Source: a bacterium (GTDB taxonomy: Bacteria > Calescibacteriota > Calescibacteriia > Calescibacteriales > Calescibacteriaceae). Taken from it: a DNA stretch of 62,569 nucleotides. The stretch lies in the NCBI GenBank assembly GCA_030550715.1, contig JAUQOU010000007.1, positions 1 to 62,569 of the forward strand. The letters run 5' to 3'. Below, piece after piece: positions 59,301 to 62,569 of this stretch. The position numbers were made by a program, and so were the translations under genes. The stretch's first letter is position 1, and each line of letters begins with the position of its first letter. Under the pieces are notes generated by a model. It was not told where the DNA came from. It saw only the letters and a program-made list of their open reading frames with translations, and ran no database searches.

Positions 59301-59515
59301 TCTATTTTGACAGAAACAAGAGCTGATTCAACGGGATTATCCTTTTCATCTTTGACAACTCCGCCTATATTAAGGTCTTGCAGACCGGAAGTGGTTTCCT
59401 GAGGTGTTCCCTTCTTCCCGCATCCTCTCGCACAAGAAAAAAGAAAAGATGAAGAGAGAAAAAGAGTTAATATAAACCCAAAAACATAAAAGCTCGTTTT
59501 GTCTTCTGCTCTCAT
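53339..59515 (-). CDS. Giant mosaic surface protein (~2058 aa): signal peptide, 3 CarboxypepD_reg-like modules, central alpha-helical module, at least 4 PKD modules, 7 FG-GAP/VCBS repeats, GGxGC-TM-RRRK tail
   Basis: Preferred start is ATG 59515 with AGGAGGT 9 nt upstream (MRAEDKTSFYVFGFILTLFLSSSFLFSC); the track's 59602 start adds 29 unlikely codons. CarboxypepD_reg-like: 'GGVVKDEKDNPVESALVSV', 'VSGQIVDEQGNPVSGLYIQ', 'IKGRFVDKAGKPVPDVFIDI'. PKD: 'GNAPLNVSF..FDFEGDG', 'RPLVVTFTA..WLFGDGS', 'SAPLTITFS..WVFGDG', 'NLPLTVTFTA..WDFNGDG'. FG-GAP: 'DLNGDGKQDV', 'DFDKDGKNDIV', 'DLNGDGKKDV', 'DINGDGTQDIV', 'DFDLDGKKDII', 'MNNDGVPDIL', 'DVSNDNFTDLV'. Confidence 0.85.
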   Translation of the reverse strand: MRAEDKTSFYVFGFILTLFLSSSFLFSCARGCGKKGTPQETTSGLQDLNIGGVVKDEKDNPVESALVSVKIDINGDNLFSPDETFSTMTNKDGMFFIPNELITARLSETGEGKNLLTGRILTGRILTARMQVEVVKPGFAKNSFHADQPGFFSVKLAQASSARDTDLKDGAQFSLVSLPGRAPILLAGKEAGRAGRIKAKQEGGEVLAEINIPPELVSDSKEISGSLAYVNPVSQPELMPGSFLAYSGQSQKGFITLSSAGFIDVVLQNEKGEIISNLAPKIARLSKKDEVKKPSLKMKIPEEVYHTLYDYVETTTDKVEVPMWYFDSVKGVWIQGDELGILVDENDKPITARELAKIVAGNLKKKLYTSARVEHFSAWNVDYPVDTHAAVSGQIVDEQGNPVSGLYIQTEGNTYGGLGDFKGTYTDENGNFTVDVKRSEEQIPPYGPDMTDPDNPYDKYLYQDMPANVGGGGGGGTGPDGGGGANKCEEIRKQYSKILRSDIEALQDTIGQLWVKNLIDETQYNILSKLAGQAWGFWFDGDYKKMNDAIRDLEKGLKPVGRESSEQIFWDRWDSLSQDASQFALSYALDCAFDFIDFGKAIESVGGACAQAFVSTMVERVKSKYKSILDALKTAGVNVAYSGELTSFPQVFGEEIASNFLDPAKDLVGTIASFFTSKEGLSCISEVLKSSSTGIGKFFSEGGKCLGKGAFAQATFLAQTVGLFAGQAIQAWGEHGEWKSAKAYETVQPLFLKFYQDYGKMLRDVKEKNPECKDWFPDNLFSPYLPFPPKKPASPRIKVKQSYKDSPEYQALPQDIRDGLDTLVNFFSMLSSVADLSREMDKIIKGGHEYFSDGKWSVKCSFDKDKAHYVCSNSENPMDCSFSEKISSYVCTPKSDEKVSYFESAAGIIALVPAPQKKYGGETRSKLLIEGYRLKLPTSLGFDISDIPSPVESSTAHHELYGWSEEAKKPYLYIGKIVLAGLKKVIIKGRFVDKAGKPVPDVFIDITGGSRGRIWMRSDSDGTFSATIPVFKGQEGQLGFYSYYYPWSYSKKIEIGNENEINLGDIVIVPPPQIVGFKVPSSIEKGKSADFEVSFVGGESPSVRWYIWNYYGTGQDIGNTAKISYAPKRSSYICVEVRNEGGGDSRCSWITVIGKPPEIKVFLSDGTELKEGTEYEFDEKTYVPLKISISDPDSAEGEVNFSIQGYYPLSLSYIYSLSPVLYTGSITQDSIFSLIFYASDSDWNSVRKEIKIKVKNKPITPSISIFPDKVSGNAPLNVSFRVQAKDHTGYISFDFEGDGKEDLRLYSDYVQKTFDKEGEYTVRAKVVSEDGISAEDSVKISVFPEFKITQFSASITQGRRPLVVTFTAQTNSNASKYVWLFGDGSGAETYQNTISYTYNPRFRGTYYARVIAVSPYGTERTSNYIPVTILNTPPNIQSFSASSTSGSAPLTITFSVSATDDAGIVKYKWVFGDGVVKETSTPSTTYTYSTTYTYSAAGNFTATVTVYDTDGDTDTKSLQVQVLSQPSCDTPSVSLYANPTSGNLPLTVTFTANASSSFPISEYRWDFNGDGVIDRTTPSPTTSFKYSTSSTTTITAKVTVVNSCGGSALASTSITVIVPQQHSADFFTPVPSCVFASVSVVNDNSFRVSDLNGDGKQDVAVIDFSTGYLHVATGLGNGAFSYSLSHQVCSSSTPCFGFDIADFDKDGKNDIVVFDTSITSLVFFKNSGSGFSSGVSTFVSAVSDPSHCFAYDIRSADLNGDGKKDVFVGCSGISFYAFGNGTGSFSGGATLGFNGWVIRAKISDINGDGTQDIVGLDHDSDSRKIFFALGSTFGVSTTLTLPGGITIESFDVADFDLDGKKDIIAISSEQILYLFKNGGSMSFSLSSTADASIVSPASSYLLESAEMNNDGVPDILWTAYTSSPAGLTYFKLSFQDGTDEIALQSGYPKNTSTYFSNVSGTGPISYSPFAVADVSNDNFTDLVMVFDNGCVVSLIRKTTAPAPQIKLGEGKISDTAVQSRSLESGGVGCSSFTAQTTYIIFLYMLLKFYFRRRKAHLR
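55032..55067. repeat. Perfect 2 x 18-bp in-frame tandem duplication inside a PKD module of the giant gene
   Basis: 'gaatatgtataggttgta' at 55032-55049 is repeated exactly at 55050-55067. It encodes STTYTY-STTYTY on the minus strand. Confidence 0.97.
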
Positions 59516-59769
59516 CTGAAAATTACCTCCTCTTATTTGAGATGCTCTTACCCTCGCTTTTCTGGAGAGAAACCTCTCGTAAAAGAGATCTTCTCCCCAC
59601 AAAAAAAAGAGGAAGTAAGAGCTTTAAAAAAATTAATACAGAAAAAAATCATTTTGTAAAAAATTACAAGATAAAAAGTTGAATACTCACGAACGATGAG
59701 AAAGAAAACCTTACTCTGTGCCTAACAGCAAAGTAGGATAATCCAAATTTTCAAAATAAATTTTCAATT

Positions 59770-60630
59770 ATGGGAAGAAAAGTGATTTCATTTATATCAC
59801 TTGTCATTCTTTCCTGTGCATCAATAGAGAAAACTACATACTATGATTTCAAAACCACAAAGCCCAAAATCTCCAAAGAAATCACAAAATCAGATATATC
59901 TGTCACAAAAAATATCACACCCGAATCTATATCTTTCCTGATCACAGAAGATATAACATGTGAGGAGAAAGAAAAAGGAGAAAAAATAAAATACCGTGTC
60001 ACAAATAAAACTATGGATAAGTCCGGCTGGATCGCCGACTTTTTGCTCTCCTCTATCTTTGGAGGAATATCTTTCTTGGCTTTCAAAATACATAATGAAG
60101 GAAAAATTTTCGGAATAAGCAGGGGCGGAGGAACTGAATTTTCTAACATGAAAAATGAGCTCTTCATAACAGGTATAATATCTGGTAGTATTGGCGGTAT
60201 TTTCGCTATTGATTTTGTTATCTCTCCCTTCCTTGCAATTGATACCTCAGAAGAAATAGAAAGAGAAAAATATGAAAGAGTTATCAGAGTATTAGAATGC
60301 GAGCAAAAACCACTTGATAATATTCCAGTTGAAATAAGCTTTGAAAAAGCTTCAATAACTTCAAATACCAAAAAAGGAGTAGTTAATGTAAATCCCCAGA
60401 AGGTCTCTGAGATTTTGAAGTCATCATCTCCTTCTGCATACCTCACTTTCAAATACGGTGGGGTGGAAAGAAAATTCCCCGTTGATTTCTCAATGCTTGC
60501 ACCACCTTCACTAGCGATATTTGTTCCAGAGAAAATCACAATTTACCCAGGAGAAAACATTATTGACATCAAAATCAAAAACAAAGGAAAAGGAAAAGCA
60601 AAAAATGTCGCGCTGATATTAGAATCATGA
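59770..60630 (+). CDS. Hypothetical membrane-associated secreted protein, probably C-terminally truncated by a frameshift
   Basis: Signal peptide ending in Cys (FISLVILSC), two internal glycine-rich hydrophobic segments, and a C-terminal beta-sandwich-like start 'IYPGENIIDIKIKNKGKGKAKNVALILES*'. The 232-aa antisense ORF 59841..60539 is a shadow ORF. Confidence 0.6.
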   Translation: MGRKVISFISLVILSCASIEKTTYYDFKTTKPKISKEITKSDISVTKNITPESISFLITEDITCEEKEKGEKIKYRVTNKTMDKSGWIADFLLSSIFGGISFLAFKIHNEGKIFGISRGGGTEFSNMKNELFITGIISGSIGGIFAIDFVISPFLAIDTSEEIEREKYERVIRVLECEQKPLDNIPVEISFEKASITSNTKKGVVNVNPQKVSEILKSSSPSAYLTFKYGGVERKFPVDFSMLAPPSLAIFVPEKITIYPGENIIDIKIKNKGKGKAKNVALILES

Positions 60631-60766
60631 AGAATTAGGTCTCAAAAAGAGGTTAGATTTAGGGGATATAAAACAAGGAGAAGAAAAAAAGATTTCAATT
60701 CCAGTTTTCCCTGAGGGAACTCAAAAAAAGATATTTCTCATCAAAGTATCAGCTAAGAAGGTATAA
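60623..60766 (+). pseudogene. Out-of-frame (+1) continuation of the 59770 gene
   Basis: The frame opening at 60623 reads 'NHEELGLKKRLDLGDIKQGEEKKISIPVFPEGTQKKIFLIKVSAKKV*'. This looks like the natural continuation of a CARDB-like beta-sandwich (..NKGKGKAKNV.L.L......L..L..G....I...V). The frames can only be joined within 60623-60630. Confidence 0.35.
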
Positions 60767-60846
60767 AAGGCACTAAAAATGGTGGCTGAGAAGTATTAAA
60801 AACAAAGAAGTTAAAAACAACATGTATGACCAGAAAAATTAAAACC

Positions 60847-61014
60847 TTATTCCATCATTACAACTCCTATGTTTATTTTCTCACCCGCAGGATACCCCCC
60901 ATACCTCTTCATTTTCCCCAACTCCACCAGTTTATTTTTACATGTGGTACATTCGGGAATTTCTGAACTCAATGGACAGTTATCCTGAGAGATTTTATGA
61001 TCCTTCAGTTCCAT
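60847..61014 (-). CDS. Untracked 55-codon ORF overlapping the 3' end of the upstream gene; echoes its C-terminal Cys motif
   Basis: ATG 61014 gives 'MELKDHKISQDNCPLSSEIPECTTCKNKLVELGKMKRYGGYPAGEKINIGVVMME*'. Compare the upstream protein's C-terminus 'EDYCPASPESRVLPEECVICLRKMRESGGPPERLYYG'. Below the track's apparent size cut-off (its smallest entry is 60 aa). Confidence 0.3.
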   Translation of the reverse strand: MELKDHKISQDNCPLSSEIPECTTCKNKLVELGKMKRYGGYPAGEKINIGVVMME

Positions 61015-61942
61015 AGTACAGTCGCTCGGGGGGACCCCCGCTTTCCCTCATCTTTCTCAAACATATCACACATTCTTCCGGTAGTACTCTTGACTCAGGA
61101 CTTGCAGGACAATAATCTTCTAATAGCCGGTCAATATTATATATTACCACTAAACCTTCGTCTATATCTAAACTACCACCAATATATAAAATGCTATCAA
61201 CATACTTTACTATCAAAGATCTGGAACAAATCTTCTTGTGAGTTATAATTGCATTGTAATACGGAGGAGGAAGTTGAACAGGTTGATAAACAACAAGAGG
61301 ACATACACCAGAATCAGGCTGTTGATATATAAAAAACATATATCCATTCCATTTAACAAATATGTTATCTCCTATCCTCCCCACATACCCGATAAGATTA
61401 AAGACTTTTGCCCAACAGAGATCTACAGAAACAATTGGCACTGTTGCCGAAAAGACAAAAACAATAATTGTTTGAGTTGCAAAATCAACATATTTTTCAA
61501 AATCGTCCGCACCATAACTTGTGTTCTTGCACAGTTCATTCAGCTCATCGGCAGAGTTTATAACATAATATGTGACCGACCAGTTAATACCGTTCAAATA
61601 TCCCGAATATGTTCCCTTATATGGATACCCTGATTCTGTCTTAACACATTTCTGTAATTTACCGGGCATAGAACCTTCTCGTGAAACAAATACCGAAAAA
61701 GGTATATCCTCATCTGCTTCATCAATCATGCCATCTCCATCGTTGTCAAGGCAGTCGCAATATTCATCAGAGATTTTACTATCCTCTTTCCCCGAGGAAT
61801 TCCCACTTCCATCTGAATACACTTTATTCTGAAATGATGGGGAATGGTCGTGTACAGGAGAGTTATCCTTTGCGCACAATGAAAACAGCAAAACAACAAA
61901 AAGAAAGAAAAAGATAAATTCCAACCCTTTCCTGCCACTCAT
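60995..61942 (-). CDS. Hypothetical Cys-rich secreted protein with an acidic D-x-D-G-D-G Ca-binding-like motif
   Basis: AGGTGGGGAG RBS. Signal peptide ending in Cys (FFFLFVVLLFSLC). 'CDCLDNDGDGMIDEADED' resembles thrombospondin-type-3/dockerin-like calcium loops. No family recognised. Confidence 0.6.
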   Translation of the reverse strand: MSGRKGLEFIFFFLFVVLLFSLCAKDNSPVHDHSPSFQNKVYSDGSGNSSGKEDSKISDEYCDCLDNDGDGMIDEADEDIPFSVFVSREGSMPGKLQKCVKTESGYPYKGTYSGYLNGINWSVTYYVINSADELNELCKNTSYGADDFEKYVDFATQTIIVFVFSATVPIVSVDLCWAKVFNLIGYVGRIGDNIFVKWNGYMFFIYQQPDSGVCPLVVYQPVQLPPPYYNAIITHKKICSRSLIVKYVDSILYIGGSLDIDEGLVVIYNIDRLLEDYCPASPESRVLPEECVICLRKMRESGGPPERLYYGTEGS

Positions 61943-62214
61943 TTCTGCTCCCCACCTATTTTCCTTGCCATATATAATTTAATCACTCACATTTTTCGTT
62001 GAAGTCAAGATTTTGTGACACTTTTTCTCTGTCTTTTATTTCTGCTCCTCAACCTTTCTTTTCGTATCGTAGTATATACTAGCAGGTTTGAAGGAGCAAA
62101 ATAATCATCTTATCTTGAAATTCTTAGTATTGCTCTCAAAGCAACACAAATTCAAAATAACATGATATAAGTGTCAAAAGTTGGTAAATTAACTATAATT
62201 TCTTCAAGCATGAC

Positions 62215-62569
62215 TCAGATAAATAGGGTAGAAACATCGATTTCTCTTCCTATTATGAGTTCTATATTTTTTTCTTGGGCTTTTTCACGGAGAAATTCAA
62301 TCACTTCTTTTGTTGCAAACTCAACAGAGAAAAACTTCATAAATACCTTCTTCCCTGTTAATTTCTCTGCTGATTTCGCTGCTAACTCTAACTTTTCTAT
62401 CTTCTTCTCCGCTTCTTCAATGCTTCTCAAACTCAAACTTGTTTCAGCAACAATCAAGGGATCATCGCAAAAAACATCAACTTCTTTGTAGCCATCAACG
62501 GGTAAATTCACATGAGTTCTTATATCTGCATCTATTCCTTTTTGTTTGAGTATATATTTTATAACAAAT
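62215..62569 (-). CDS. PD-(D/E)XK-like hypothetical protein, C-terminal part (5' end runs off the right window edge); paralogue of 32174..32821
   Basis: The frame is open from the window edge: 'FVIKYILKQKGIDADIRTHVNLPVDGYKEVDVFCDDPLIVAETSLSL...KNIELIIGRE'. This shows the E.D ... hydrophobic strand-E.S pattern, with the same order of elements as the C-terminal domain of the 32174 protein. The + strand ORF 62171..62491 is an S/F-rich shadow. Confidence 0.5.
   Translation of the reverse strand, partial: FVIKYILKQKGIDADIRTHVNLPVDGYKEVDVFCDDPLIVAETSLSLRSIEEAEKKIEKLELAAKSAEKLTGKKVFMKFFSVEFATKEVIEFLREKAQEKNIELIIGREIDVSTLFI

Noticed and set aside
59841-60539. 232-aa ORF antisense to the 59770 gene. 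Similar long antisense ORFs include 10806..11219, 16159..16533, 17788..18285, 24974..25351, 29399..29881, 44419..44787 and 53889..54191.
   Set aside because: All are S/F/I/L-rich with few charged residues, the mirror image of purine-rich (GAA/AAA/AAG) coding strands. Each lies fully inside a gene with strong family motifs on the other strand. They are shadow ORFs, not overlapping genes.
60895-60900. C6/G6 homopolymer as a phase-variation tract.
   Set aside because: Six residues is short for efficient slippage, and it lies in an ORF of uncertain reality. Noted only within the small-ORF finding.
61941-62063. Direct repeat 'atttctgctcc(c/t)ca(a)cct', which is the RBS region of the 60995 gene plus a second copy 96 bp upstream.
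   Set aside because: Only 11 nt are identical. The second copy is followed by ATA rather than a start codon and no ORF. Probably chance, or a small decayed duplication.
1-62569. CRISPR arrays, rRNA genes, retron/DGR reverse transcriptases, integrases, toxin-antitoxin pairs.
   Set aside because: By eye I found no evenly spaced direct repeats, no rRNA-like conserved blocks, no RT (YxDD) or tyrosine-recombinase motifs in any long ORF, and no small adjacent gene pairs of TA type.

Overview
AT-rich bacterial chromosome segment with purine-loaded coding strands and a K/E/I-rich, thermophile-like proteome. All calls come from hand translation and remembered family motifs. No database search, HMM scan or computation was run.

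The window holds about 50 protein genes, mostly scattered housekeeping:
- Replication, repair and translation: mfd (partial), mutL, tsaE, gatA, rpsL-rpsG, pheS, rel.
- Central and nucleotide metabolism: gltA, purE, tkt, korAB, nadB, malQ, pyrD.
- Envelope: murE-gmhB, gmd.
- One tRNA-Pro(UGG). I found no rRNA and no CRISPR array.

Accessory content:
- Four decayed mobile-element relics: two inverted IS1595-type relics bracketing a 6.7-kb glycan/accessory cassette, an IS5-like N-terminal relic, and an Rpn/DUF4351-like tail relic.
- Two paralogous coiled-coil/PD-(D/E)XK-like proteins.
- A cytochrome-P460-family gene 17 nt upstream of a methyl-accepting chemotaxis protein (MCP). The MCP is split by a frameshift at a T7 run inside its second TM helix. 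The pair is preceded by a (CA)13 microsatellite next to a candidate promoter.
- A 986-aa secreted protein whose TTG start lies 6 nt after the tRNA-Pro CCA end.
- A mini-CheA with only Hpt and ATPase modules.
- A ~2058-aa mosaic surface protein (3 CarboxypepD_reg-like, at least 4 PKD, 7 FG-GAP repeats). It carries an embedded poly-Gly-linked alpha-helical module of unknown function and a GGxGC + TM + RRRK C-terminal sorting-like tail.
- A small cluster of Cys-terminated-signal-peptide proteins next to the giant gene, one apparently frameshifted, plus an untracked 55-codon ORF.

The best candidates for something undescribed are the P460-MCP module with its two slippage-prone tracts, and the giant protein's helical insert and C-terminal tail. 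Many long antisense 'shadow' ORFs in the track are artefacts of the purine skew.
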